From an uncultured Chloroflexia bacterium (GTDB lineage: Bacteria > Chloroflexota > Anaerolineae > CG2-30-64-16): a DNA stretch of 64,000 nt. The notes under the pieces were generated by a model, which was given only the letters and a program-made list of their open reading frames with translations, had not been told where the DNA came from and made no database searches. The position numbers and the translations under genes are program-made. Positions 35,923 to 45,891 of the stretch are shown one piece after another (the first letter of the stretch is position 1; every line of letters starts with the position of its first letter). The stretch spans positions 210,240 through 274,239 of the forward strand of contig CAWEMM010000014.1 of NCBI GenBank assembly GCA_963810095.1, in the 5' to 3' direction.

Positions 35923-37146
35923 ATGTTACCGCAGAGGATAGTTCTGATACACCCGTTTCTCTTGCACTACCACTTCGCTCGCCTGCAGGCGTTGTCCGAC
36001 GCGTGCCGCAAGACCGGCAGTTCCGTGTACAGTCTGGAACTCGCGAGTTTTTCGGATCAGTACCGGTCGCTTGCCCAGGATCAGACGGGTCGTTTCGACA
36101 ATCGAGTTTTGTTTCCCGGGAGAAGCTTCGAGGAGTTGTCAACGGGTGAGGCGTGGGAGCGAGTAAAAGAAGAGTTGATGTTGCTAAAGCCGGACGTTGT
36201 TTTCATATATGGTTACTGCCTGGGTGTGATGCGGAGGACGGCGTTCTGGGCGCTACGGAATGGAGTGGGCATCGTCGTAATCGGCGACAGTAACGAGTTT
36301 GACCGCCCCAGGCACAGCGCGCTCCAGTGGGCAAAGCGGCAGTTCATCTCGAGGATGGACGCGGCGTTCGTGGGAGGCACGAGCTCCGCTCAGTACCTCC
36401 AGGCGCTCGGCCTGCCGTTCGAACGTGTGATTCCCGGATATGATGTGGTAGATAACGAAGTTTTCCGCCGGTGTGCAGAGGAGAACTGGCCCATGCGCTC
36501 CGTTATCCGTGCGCAACGGGCGCTTCCAAGCAAGTACTTCCTCTTCGTGGGAAGACTTATCCCCGAGAAGAACCTCAATAGGTTGCTGCAGGCATACGAG
36601 TGGTACGCCGGGCTGCTGACGACCGAAGAAGAGCCGTGGGGCCTTGTCATCTGCGGTAGCGGCCCCCTGGAGGAAGAGCTACGGCTTTCCATTGATGCTA
36701 TGCCGCAGCGACTGCAGGCTCGGATCCAATTGCGCGGCATGATCAGGCAAGCGGAAACGGCTGATTTCTACTCCTGTGCCTCCTGTCTTCTGCTTCCCAG
36801 TACTTATGAAACATGGGGCCTTGTCGTCAACGAAGCGATGGCCTGCAAGTTGCCGGTGCTCGCGTCGCGGCGGGCCGGCTGCGCGGCAGACCTGGTCAAG
36901 GACGGCGTAACCGGGTGGCTGTGCGATCCCTACGACACGGCCGAGATGGCACGGTTGATGGCCAACGTGCATCAGCTAGACCCTTCGGCTCGCGACGCCG
37001 TCGGTGAGAGGGCACAACAGGTGATCGGCCAATGGGGTCTGGAAAAGTTTTCGACCGGTGCCCTGAAGTGCGCCCAGGTGGCCGCGAGTCGGCACGCGGC
37101 CCGAGGGCGGAAGGAGGCGTTCAGAAGTGAATCAGCAGGCACGTGA
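35923..37146 (+). CDS. glycosyltransferase family 4 (GT-B fold)
   Basis: ORF 35908..37146; ATG 35923 preferred, with the GTG 35908 overlap start also possible. Motifs FLFVGRLIPEKN and ETWGLVVNEAMACKLPVLASRRAG. Confidence 0.8.
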   Translation: MLPQRIVLIHPFLLHYHFARLQALSDACRKTGSSVYSLELASFSDQYRSLAQDQTGRFDNRVLFPGRSFEELSTGEAWERVKEELMLLKPDVVFIYGYCLGVMRRTAFWALRNGVGIVVIGDSNEFDRPRHSALQWAKRQFISRMDAAFVGGTSSAQYLQALGLPFERVIPGYDVVDNEVFRRCAEENWPMRSVIRAQRALPSKYFLFVGRLIPEKNLNRLLQAYEWYAGLLTTEEEPWGLVICGSGPLEEELRLSIDAMPQRLQARIQLRGMIRQAETADFYSCASCLLLPSTYETWGLVVNEAMACKLPVLASRRAGCAADLVKDGVTGWLCDPYDTAEMARLMANVHQLDPSARDAVGERAQQVIGQWGLEKFSTGALKCAQVAASRHAARGRKEAFRSESAGT

Positions 37147-37771
37147 AGCGCCCTGGAAGGTCTGGAACGAAATCCTCCGCCTCTTGGCTTATCCGGCGGT
37201 GCGCTTGCTATTTGCCTGGAACGGAATCGCGTGGGGCCAGGGATGGCGCTTCTACGGGGTCCCCATCATTCAGAAGCACCGACGGAGCTCCATGCACTTC
37301 GGGCCCGGTCTTCAGTTGCGATCGTCGCTGCGTTCGAACCCGTTGGGTCCCAACCATCCGGTAATGCTCGTCACATGGCGCAAGGGCGCGTCAATCGACG
37401 TCGGCGCGGATTTTCACATGACCGGCGGAACCCTGTGTGCCGCCGAGCGCATCAGCATTGGCAATCGTGTGGCGGTGGGGGCCAATACCACCATTGTCGA
37501 TACAGACTTTCATCCCCTGGATGTGGAGGGTCGCAGAACCGACGCGGCGGCCGGTAAGTGTGCGGCTGTCATCATCGAGGATGACGTGTTCATCGGCATG
37601 AATTGCCTGGTGTTGAAAGGGGTCCATATCGGGCGCGGAAGTGTGATTGGCGCGGGCAGCGTGGTGACGAGTGACGTGCCGCCAGGGGTCATCGTGGCAG
37701 GCAATCCGGCCCACGTAGTGCGTCCGCTGGGTGCAAGGCCAGTCCGAGAGGAATGGCTTGTCGCGGCGTGA
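37127..37771 (+). CDS. left-handed beta-helix (hexapeptide-repeat) acyl/acetyltransferase
   Basis: 214 aa with the hexapeptide run IEDDVFIGMNCLVLKGVHIGRGSVIGAGSVVTSDVPPGVIVAGNPA. Confidence 0.8.
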   Translation: MNQQAREAPWKVWNEILRLLAYPAVRLLFAWNGIAWGQGWRFYGVPIIQKHRRSSMHFGPGLQLRSSLRSNPLGPNHPVMLVTWRKGASIDVGADFHMTGGTLCAAERISIGNRVAVGANTTIVDTDFHPLDVEGRRTDAAAGKCAAVIIEDDVFIGMNCLVLKGVHIGRGSVIGAGSVVTSDVPPGVIVAGNPAHVVRPLGARPVREEWLVAA

Positions 37772-37785
37772 GCGGAGATAAGACG

Positions 37786-39027
37786 ATGCACATCATGTTC
37801 ATGGCCCAATGCTACGCACCCGAAGATGTCAGCGCGGCGGTGCTGATCGCCGAACTCGCGACGGACCTGGTGAAGCGCGGCCATGCGGTGACGTTTGTTA
37901 CCGGTGCGCCCAACTACCCGGCCGGCCGTGTCTTCGAGGGTTACCGCAACCGCCCCTACCAGGTTGAGTGGCTGGACGGGGTGCGGGTTGTGCGCACCTG
38001 GAGCTACATCTCGCCCTCAAAGGCCCTTTGGCCCCGTCTGTTTCACTATGGCAGCTACAGTGCAACTGCGTTTTATGGCGGGCTGTTTGCCGGAAGACCC
38101 GACGTGATCGTCAGCTACTCGCCGCCCCTGCCCCTTGGCCTGTCGGCCTGGCTGTTGAGCCGGCTGTGGCACGTGCCGTGGGTCCTGGAATTGGAAGACC
38201 TCTACCCGGACGCGGCCGTGGCCGCTGGCGTCCTGCGTAACCAATCCCTGATCCGGTTCTTCTCGGCCATGGAAAGGTTCGAGTACAGGGCCGCGAGCCG
38301 TATCTCGGTCATTGCAGAGAATTTCCGGCAGATCCTGCTTGCGAAAGGCGTGCAGGGCGCGAAGATCACGGTTATCCCGGTCTGGGCCGACCCCGAATTC
38401 GTGCGACCGCTGCCCAAAACCAACGGCTTCCGGCACGCCCTGGGATTATCGGACGAACTGGTGGTGATGTACGCAGGCAATCTCGGCCTGACCTCCTGCC
38501 TGGAGGATGTGCTCTCGGCGGCCGGCCTCGTGCAGGATGCACCGCACATCCGCTTTGTGATTGTCGGGGAAGGCGTGAGAAGGGCGTATCTGGTGGCAGC
38601 GGCACAACGCGCTGGCCTGAGCAACGTTACTTTCCTGCCATACCAGCCCCGCGAGGTCTTCCCGCAAATGTTGGCGGCTGCGGACGTGGGCCTTGTGACC
38701 CTCAACCAGGGATCCGCCAATTCCTCCTTGCCCAGCAAAATCTTCAACGTCATGGCCAGCGCCCGGCCAGTTCTCGCCGTTGCGCCGCCCGCCAGCGAAA
38801 TTGCTCACCTGGTGGAAGCTGCCCATTGCGGGCTCGTCGTGCCGCCCGGGCGTCCTGAGCTGCTTGCCGCGGCATTGCGCGACCTCGACGCGCAGCCGGC
38901 CCAACTCGAAGAAATGGGCCGCAATGGCCGCACTCAGCTTGAAGAACACTTCTCACGTGGGCGCTGCGTGGAGCTCTACGAGAGCATGCTGGCGGCGGTC
39001 TGCCGGCGAGAAGGTGCTCAGACATGA
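37786..39027 (+). CDS. glycosyltransferase family 4 (WcaI-like)
   Basis: ORF 37753..39027 trimmed to ATG 37786. N-terminus MFMAQCYAPEDVSAAVLIAELATDLVKRGHAVT and a C-terminal GT-B motif region. Confidence 0.8.
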   Translation: MHIMFMAQCYAPEDVSAAVLIAELATDLVKRGHAVTFVTGAPNYPAGRVFEGYRNRPYQVEWLDGVRVVRTWSYISPSKALWPRLFHYGSYSATAFYGGLFAGRPDVIVSYSPPLPLGLSAWLLSRLWHVPWVLELEDLYPDAAVAAGVLRNQSLIRFFSAMERFEYRAASRISVIAENFRQILLAKGVQGAKITVIPVWADPEFVRPLPKTNGFRHALGLSDELVVMYAGNLGLTSCLEDVLSAAGLVQDAPHIRFVIVGEGVRRAYLVAAAQRAGLSNVTFLPYQPREVFPQMLAAADVGLVTLNQGSANSSLPSKIFNVMASARPVLAVAPPASEIAHLVEAAHCGLVVPPGRPELLAAALRDLDAQPAQLEEMGRNGRTQLEEHFSRGRCVELYESMLAAVCRREGAQT

Positions 39028-40021
39028 ACGCCGAGATTTTTGCCGAATGGCTGCGCCGCCAGGGCCATCGGGTGATCCGCAGCGCGAGCAGCTACTGGTA
39101 CGATGCCGGCCCGCGGGTGTTCCAGGCCTTCCCGTACCACTGGCTAGATCGAGCCTTCGGCGGCCGAACTGCGCAGACTCACGCTCGGCCACGGGGTTGC
39201 GGCCCTCCGCTATTCGACGCCGTTGAGCGCGCCGCTCGGCATGGTCAGTTACCACGTCGTGCTGCACCGGCCCTACACCCTGGAGGGGCTGCGCGCACAG
39301 GCCAGGAACGGGGTGCGCCGCGGGCTGACAAGCTGTCGGGTCGAACAGATCTCGTTCGAGCGGCTTGCCGTCGAGGGCTGGAGCCTGCAGGCGGACACGC
39401 TCGAACGCCAGGGCCGCACGCAATCGATGCGCCAGGCCGAGTGGGAGCGTATCTGCCGGGCCGCAGAGGGCTTGCCCGGGTTCGAAGCCTGGGCCGCTGT
39501 CCACGGTGACGAACTGGCCGGGGCCATGCTGACTGCACAGATTGGTGATACGTGGTGTGTCCCCTACGCGCTTAGCCACTCCAAGTATCTGCGCGAGCAC
39601 GTCAATAACGCGCTGTTCTTCACGGTCAGCAGTAACCTGCTCGCCCGAGAAGGGGTGGCGGGCATCTTCTTCACCCTGCAGTCGCTCGACGCGCCAGAGA
39701 GCGTCGACGAATTCAAGTTCCGGATGGGCCTGACCCCCATTCCAGTGCGCCAGCGGGTGGTCTTTAATCCCTGCCTTCAGCCGTTTGCCCGGCCTCGGAC
39801 ACATGCACTTGCTGGCCGAGCGGCTTGCCCGCGACCCCGGCAATCCGCTCCTTGCGAAGGCCGAAGGGATGCTCCGCTTCTACCTGCTGGGCCGTCGCCC
39901 GAGTGATGACCAGGCTTGGCCAGCCTGCCTGACCGAATACCGGAATCCGTCGACCGAGCCGGCAGTGCACAGCGTTACTCCGGCCCGCCCGAGCGAACCG
40001 GAGCCTGCCGGGGCGGCATGA
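39024..40021 (+). pseudogene. FemAB-like/GNAT (Acetyltransf_6-type) acyltransferase; frame-disrupted by two shifts near 39145 and 39768
   Basis: Frames join as ...FPYHWL / IEPSAAELRRLTLGHGVAALRYSTPL...FKFRMGLTPIPVRQRVVFNP / FSRLPGLGHMHLLAERLARDPGNPLLAKAEGMLRFYLLG. Confidence 0.6.
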
Positions 40022-40036
40022 GAGGAGTTGCTTGCC

Positions 40037-40609
40037 ATGAGCGCACCGGAACTCGCGGCAGCATGCCAGGTGCCTTGCTTGCGGGGCATTGTCGAAGGGG
40101 AGGCAGAAGCGCCGCCTCAATCGATGCTTCGCCGGCTGAAGCTGATGGTTCGCCGGCGGATGAGCCCGCAAACGGAACGGCGGTTCAAGGCACGCACGAA
40201 CGCGGCGATGAACTGGATCTGCAGCGTCACGGGGAAGCCCCGACACCCGGCCGAATTGACCGTTGCACCCGCTGTCCACCTGCAGGCCGGTGATTGGGTC
40301 CGCGTGCGATCGAAGGCCGAGATCGACCGCACGCTCAACCACTGGCGCCAGTTGCGGGGGTGCACATTCATGCCAGAAATGGTGCAGTACTGCGAAAGCA
40401 CCCAGCGGGTCTACAAGCCGCTCGGGAGGTTCGTAGACGAGCGTGATCTGCGCGTCAAGACGGCCAGGGGCATCGTGCTTCTCGACCGGGTGATCTGCCA
40501 GGGTACCGCGGAATTCGGGCGGTGCGACCGTTCCTGCATGCTCTTCTGGCGCGAGGAGTGGCTCGAGAGGGTCGATGCGCCTGAACGGGAACCTATCGGC
40601 GAGGTATAG
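40037..40609 (+). CDS. hypothetical Cys-containing protein
   Basis: ORF 40028..40609; ATG 40037 is preferred (GAGAGGAG 9 nt upstream). The C-terminal half DWVRVRSKAEIDRTL...VICQGTAEFGRCDRSCMLFWREEWL looks globular. No family recognised. Confidence 0.55.
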   Translation: MSAPELAAACQVPCLRGIVEGEAEAPPQSMLRRLKLMVRRRMSPQTERRFKARTNAAMNWICSVTGKPRHPAELTVAPAVHLQAGDWVRVRSKAEIDRTLNHWRQLRGCTFMPEMVQYCESTQRVYKPLGRFVDERDLRVKTARGIVLLDRVICQGTAEFGRCDRSCMLFWREEWLERVDAPEREPIGEV

Positions 40610-40611
40610 CG

Positions 40612-42206
40612 ATGAGCCAGTACGCTCTGGGTGGCATGGACCTGGAACGTCGGGACAGCATAACGCTGGCTGCCCCGGTGAAGCGCGCCTTTGACATCGT
40701 CATCTCGCTGCTGGCGCTGATCTGTCTCGCCCCGTTACTCGCCCTGATCGCGGTCGCAGTCACACACGATTCGCCTGGGCCCGCGATTTACCGCGGGCCG
40801 CGCGTGGGATTGGGCGGCCGGGTTTTCCAGATTCTGAAGTTCAGGACCATGTACGATGCGGCCTCCAGCTACTCCGGACCCAGAGTCACTGCACATGACG
40901 ACCCGCGGGTGACTCCGCTTGGGCGGTGGCTGCGGAGCACCAAGTTGAACGAGTTGCCCCAATTCTGGAATGTGCTGCGCGGCGACATGAGCCTGGTGGG
41001 CCCGCGGCCCGAGGACCCGTCTCTCGCCGCCGAGTGGCCGGCCGACGCGCGTGGGCGGATTCTTTCCGTGCGGCCCGGCATCACCAGCCCCGCCTCGGTT
41101 CTCTATCATAACGAGGAGGCGCTGCTCTGCAGCAACGACCTCTTCCGTAAGTACGCGCAGGAGGTGGGCCCTGACAAGCTGCGCCTCGACGAGCTCTACG
41201 TGCGCTACCTTTCGTTCTGCCTCGATATGGATACCTTGCTGTGGACTGCCTTGATCATGCTGCCGCGGGTGCGCTCGTTCGAGCCGCCCGAAAGCCTGCT
41301 GCTGGTCGGACCGTTCACGCGGCTTCGTCCGGCAGGTATGCCAACTGGTTCGCAATCGATTGGCTGGTGGCGTTGGTTGCAATCGGGTGCGCCGGGCTCG
41401 TCTGGCGAATCTACGGGCCACTGAACGTCGGCTGGCCCAAGGCGGTCGCGTCAGCTCTCGCCTTTGCACTGCTCTTCAGCATCACCGGCGCCGTCCTCGG
41501 CATCAATCGCGTCTCCTGGACGAAGGCCCGGGCCGAGGATGTCGGCGACTTGATCCTGGCGTGGGCGATTGCCGCAGGACTGACCTTCATCATCAGCCTC
41601 GTCGTGCGCGTGCTGCCGTTGGGCCTGCTGGTGCTTGCGTTCGTATTGGCTCTCTGCGGCTCCATTGCAATCCGCTATCGCACCCGCCTGGTGACAGCGT
41701 GCCTGAGCTACGCGATGCGCCGGAGGCGCAGGAACGCTGCCGACTGCGGGGACCGGGTCGTGATCGTGGGCGCCGGTCAGAATGCCCGGTATGCGACGTT
41801 ACTGCTGAATCAGCCCGGAAACGTCCAGAAATTTCAGTTGGTGGGACTGGTGGACGACGATCCCTTCGCGCAGGGTATGCGCCTCTACGGTGCGACGGTC
41901 GTGGGCACGCGGCACAATCTCCCTGGCCTCATCGCGCAGCAGAACATCAAAGTCGTCATCCTCGCGGACCCGGCCATTGCGCAGGGCGACATCGGCCCAA
42001 TTACAGACGCATGTCGCGCGGCTAACAGCCGAGTCGTACGCATGCCCGATCTGGCCAGCGCGTTGGGCGCCTGGTGCGGGGGCGCCGACGATGCGGGCTG
42101 CCCGTCCGCCGCGCGTGCGGAAGCAACTTGCCTCGAGTGCCTTGCCCGGCGGTCCGCAGTGGGCGCGGCTGCCGCTTCAGAGAAAGAAACCGCAGGGGTG
42201 CCATGA
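40612..42206 (+). pseudogene. phosphoglycosyl (bacterial sugar) transferase domain followed by a 4-TM plus Rossmann (CoA-binding-like) region; one frame shift near 41335, or alternatively two overlapping genes
   Basis: PGT motifs KRAFDIVISLLALICLAPLL, ILKFRTM, LNELPQFWNVLRGDMSLVGPRP and RPGITS. The frame-3 continuation has TM helices and VVIVGAGQNARY...LVGLVDDDP. ATGA overlap with the next gene. Confidence 0.65.
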
Positions 42207-43198
42207 ACGACTTCTTCAGCGGCAAGCAAGTCCTGATAACGGGCGCGGGAGGCTTCATCGGGAGTCATCTCGTCGAGGCATTGGCGGCACGCGGGGCGCG
42301 GGTGCGGGCTTTCGTGCGTTACAACTCGCGCGGCGATCCGGGCCTGCTCTCCTTGCTGCCCGGCGACCTTTTTGCGTCGCTGGACGTCATTCCCGGCGAC
42401 CTGCGCGACCTGCCGGCGCTGTTAGCCGCATGCGCGGCGTCGAAGTCGTCTATCACCTCGGCGCGCTCATCGCGATTCCCTACTCCTATCTGCATCCGAG
42501 TGGAGGTCGTGCAGTCCAACGTTTTGGGAACGATGAATATCCTCCTCGCAGCCAGGGAGACTGGCGTCAGCCGCATCGTGCACACCTCCACCAGCGAAGT
42601 TTATGGGAGCGCGTTACGCACCCCCATCGACGAGACGCATCCGCTGCAAGGACAGTCGCCTTACTCAGCCAGCAAGATCGGCGCCGACAAGCTGGCCGAA
42701 AGCTTCTACTGTGCTTTCGGGCTGCCCGTGGTGACAGTGCGGCCGTTCAACACCTACGGCCCGCGCCAGTCGGCGCGGGCCGTCATCCCCTCGATCATCG
42801 CTCAGGCGCTCACCCAGGAGGTCGTCCGCCTGGGCAACCTCGACGCCCGCCGCGATTTTACTTTTGTTTCCGATACGGTAGGCGGATTCCTGGCTGCGGG
42901 ACAGGCTCGCGGTGTCGAAGGACAAGTCTTCAACTTGGGGGTGGGTCGTGACATCCGGATCGGCGACCTGGCCGCCGAAATCTTCGCGCTTTTGGGCGTC
43001 ACCCGGGAGATATGGGTCGACCGCGCGCGGCTGCGGCCCGACAAGAGCGAGGTGAGTCGCCTCATCTCGGATAACCGTCGCGCAGCCGAGTGCCTCGGGT
43101 GGGTGCCCCGCGTTTCGCTACCGGATGGCCTGGCGGCGACCATCGACTGGATCTCGGCTCATGTTAGCTCGTATCGGCCCGAAAAGGACCAGGTGTAG
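42203..43198 (+). pseudogene. NAD-dependent sugar epimerase/dehydratase (extended SDR); two compensating shifts near 42415 and 42500
   Basis: Motifs VLITGAGGFIGSH and YSASKIGADK. Codons between the two shifts read correctly only in another frame (MRGVEVVYHLGALIAIPYSYLHP). Confidence 0.75.
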
Positions 43199-43249
43199 CG
43201 AGAAGGCGAGTGACCATCAATCCTGTGCAGGCGGTACAAGGAGGCAACG

Positions 43250-44032
43250 ATGAAGGCGGTTATCCTGGCAGGCGGCAAGGGCACCCGGCTGGCACCCTAT
43301 ACGAAGGTTCTGCCCAAGCCGCTGATGCCGATCGGCGAGGACATGCCGATTCTGGAGGTTCTGCTGCGCCAGCTCAAACGGTCCGGCATCGACGACGTGA
43401 CACTCGCCGTCGGGCACTCGGCAGCGCTGCTGTGCGCCTTCTTCCAGGATGGGCAGCGGCTGGGCCTGGGCATCCACTACAGCTACGAACACCAGCCCCT
43501 CGGCACGGCAGGGCCGCTGTCACTGCTCGACGGGCTGGATGAGACCTTCATGGTGGCCAACGGCGACGTGCTGACGACGCTGCCGTTCACAGCTTTGATC
43601 GACGCCCATCACCGCCGGGGCGCCATTGCAACCATTGCATCCAGTGTTAAGAAGATCAAGATTGACCTGGGCGTGATCGGGATTGGCGCCGGCAGCCTGA
43701 TCGTAGGCTATACAGAGAAGCCCACATACGAGTTCCTTGTCAGCATGGGCATCTACGTCTTCGAGCCGCGCGTCCTTTCTTACATCGGACACCAGGAGCG
43801 TCTCGACTTTCCGGACCTGGTCCTGCGCCTGATCGCTGCGGGCGAGCGGGTGTTGAGCTACCCCTACGACGGCTACTGGATGGACCTCGGCCGAGTTGAG
43901 GACTACGAGCAGGCCGTTCGGGATTTCGAGAGCTTGAAGTCGCAGATGCTCGGGGAGCCGGAGGCGGGGCCGGCTCCCCAGCCTGCATTCGGCGTGCCGG
44001 TTGTGCCGCTCCAACATGCCGTGCCGGCATAG
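43250..44032 (+). CDS. sugar-1-phosphate nucleotidylyltransferase
   Basis: AAGGAGG RBS. MKAVILAGGKGTRLAPYTKVLPKPLMPI is the nucleotidyltransferase signature. Confidence 0.85.
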   Translation: MKAVILAGGKGTRLAPYTKVLPKPLMPIGEDMPILEVLLRQLKRSGIDDVTLAVGHSAALLCAFFQDGQRLGLGIHYSYEHQPLGTAGPLSLLDGLDETFMVANGDVLTTLPFTALIDAHHRRGAIATIASSVKKIKIDLGVIGIGAGSLIVGYTEKPTYEFLVSMGIYVFEPRVLSYIGHQERLDFPDLVLRLIAAGERVLSYPYDGYWMDLGRVEDYEQAVRDFESLKSQMLGEPEAGPAPQPAFGVPVVPLQHAVPA

Positions 44033-44054
44033 GGAAGGAGCACGGGGAGGTAGT

Positions 44055-45218
44055 ATGCAGCTACGCATTCCACTGTCTGACTTGGACTACGGGCCAGAAG
44101 AGGAGCAGGCGGTCCTCGACGTCCTCCGGCGCCGCTGGCTGACGATGGCTGCGGTGACGGAGGAGTTCGAGAGCGCGTTTGCCGCATTTTCGGGCGTCCG
44201 CCACGCGTTTGCCGTGACGAACGGCACGACTGCGCTGCACCTGGCATGCCTGGCGCTCGGCATCGGGCCCGGCGACGAGGTCATCGTCCCGTCGCTAACC
44301 TTCGTCGCCAGCGCAAATGCAGTCCTTTACACGGGCGCAGACGTGCGCTTCGCGGACATTATTGGGCCAGATAACCTGAACATCTCTCCGGCCGCGATCG
44401 AGTGGCAGATTACGCCACGCACGACGGCCGTGCTGGTCGTCCACTACGGCGGTTACCCCTGCCATATGTCCGAGATCATGGAACTGGCCCGGCGGAATGG
44501 GCTGGCGGTTATCGAGGACGCAGCCCATGCCCCCGGTGCGCGGCTCGGCGGCCGGGCGCTGGGCACCTGGGGCGACGTAGGGTGTTTCAGCTTCTTCTCG
44601 AACAAGAACATGGCGACGGGAGAAGGCGGCATGATCGTGACCAACAGCGACGTTTTGGCCGAGAGGATCAAGCTGCTGCGCTCGCACGGGATGACGACGC
44701 TCACATGGGACCGGCATCGCGGCCACGCCTCCACGTACGATGTCGTGAGGCTGGGCTACAACTACCGGATCGACGAGATTCACTCTGCCCTGGGGCTGGC
44801 CCAACTGGCCAAGCTTCCTGCCAACAACGCGCGCCGGCGGCGTCTCACCCGCCGCTACTGGGACGGTTTGCAAGACCCGATGTTCGCCGGGATCGAGGCG
44901 CCGTTTCAGCACGCGGCCGGCGAGTCCAGCCACCACATCCTGCCGGTGTTATTGCCGGTGGGCGCCGACCGCCAGACGTTCATGGACGATCTGCGCGGGC
45001 TCGGGGTGCAGAGCAGCATCCATTACCCCCCGATCCACCGCTTCAGCTACCATGCAGCGCGGTACCCGGACGTCGTGTTGCCAGTTACGGAAGCCGTTGC
45101 GGCCCGGGAGGTGACGTTACCGCTGTATCCCGCAATGACCGAAGAGGATGTCGATTACGTGCTTGTCGCCGCTGCGACAGCCCTGGCGGCCGCTCGCCGG
45201 GAGGCCGAGTTTGCCTGA
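44055..45218 (+). CDS. DegT/DnrJ/EryC1/StrS-family sugar aminotransferase
   Basis: ORF 44001..45218 trimmed to ATG 44055 (GGGGAGG upstream). Motifs AVTNGTTALHLA, SFFSNKNM (PLP Lys) and LPLYPAMTEEDV. Confidence 0.85.
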   Translation: MQLRIPLSDLDYGPEEEQAVLDVLRRRWLTMAAVTEEFESAFAAFSGVRHAFAVTNGTTALHLACLALGIGPGDEVIVPSLTFVASANAVLYTGADVRFADIIGPDNLNISPAAIEWQITPRTTAVLVVHYGGYPCHMSEIMELARRNGLAVIEDAAHAPGARLGGRALGTWGDVGCFSFFSNKNMATGEGGMIVTNSDVLAERIKLLRSHGMTTLTWDRHRGHASTYDVVRLGYNYRIDEIHSALGLAQLAKLPANNARRRRLTRRYWDGLQDPMFAGIEAPFQHAAGESSHHILPVLLPVGADRQTFMDDLRGLGVQSSIHYPPIHRFSYHAARYPDVVLPVTEAVAAREVTLPLYPAMTEEDVDYVLVAAATALAAARREAEFA

Positions 45219-45345
45219 TCGCCAGATCGCATAGAAGGGCATAGCAGCCACGTGACGCCGATTACAACAAACAGACGGTGACAGAGAGCGCCGGAACGTG
45301 TAATGATAGGATGAGGTTTGTGGGTGCAGTGGATGGTGCAGCGGA

Positions 45346-45858
45346 ATGGCGAAGAACCGGCGAATCAGCGACATCGACATCGACGAGGACATGGCCTATC
45401 AGGAACGCGAGTGGAAGATTCAGCGCGTCGGCTGGGCGGTCATCTGGCTCCTGATCCTGGCGGCGCTGCTGGGCGGCTTCGGCAAGGGCGTGCTGGCGAA
45501 TGCGCGGCTGGGCGACCCGTCTGGCGCCCTCACAGCCAACTATGCCCGCATCGAGCGTTACCGGTCTCCGACGACGATCGAGGTGATCGTCGGGCCGGGC
45601 CAGGCCACGGCCGGGAATTTCGCGCTGACGCTGAACCGGGCGTTCGTGGATCGGATTTCGATCGACCGCATCGACCCCGAGCCGGCCTCGGTCAAGAGCG
45701 AGGTGGACCGGCTGCGTTACGAGTTCGAAGTCACCGCCGACGGGCAGCCCGCGCATGTCTTCATCAACTATGAGTACGCGGACTTCGGGCTTTCGGAAGC
45801 GCACCTGGCGCTCGAGGGCGGCCCCGCGTTGACGCTCAAACAGCTTGTGTATCCCTGA
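45346..45858 (+). CDS. hypothetical single-pass membrane protein
   Basis: 170 aa with one TM helix (VGWAVIWLLILAALLGGF). No family recognised. Confidence 0.5.
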   Translation: MAKNRRISDIDIDEDMAYQEREWKIQRVGWAVIWLLILAALLGGFGKGVLANARLGDPSGALTANYARIERYRSPTTIEVIVGPGQATAGNFALTLNRAFVDRISIDRIDPEPASVKSEVDRLRYEFEVTADGQPAHVFINYEYADFGLSEAHLALEGGPALTLKQLVYP

Positions 45859-45891
45859 TCGCGCGCGATGTATTGGCAGAAGGAGTGAGTA

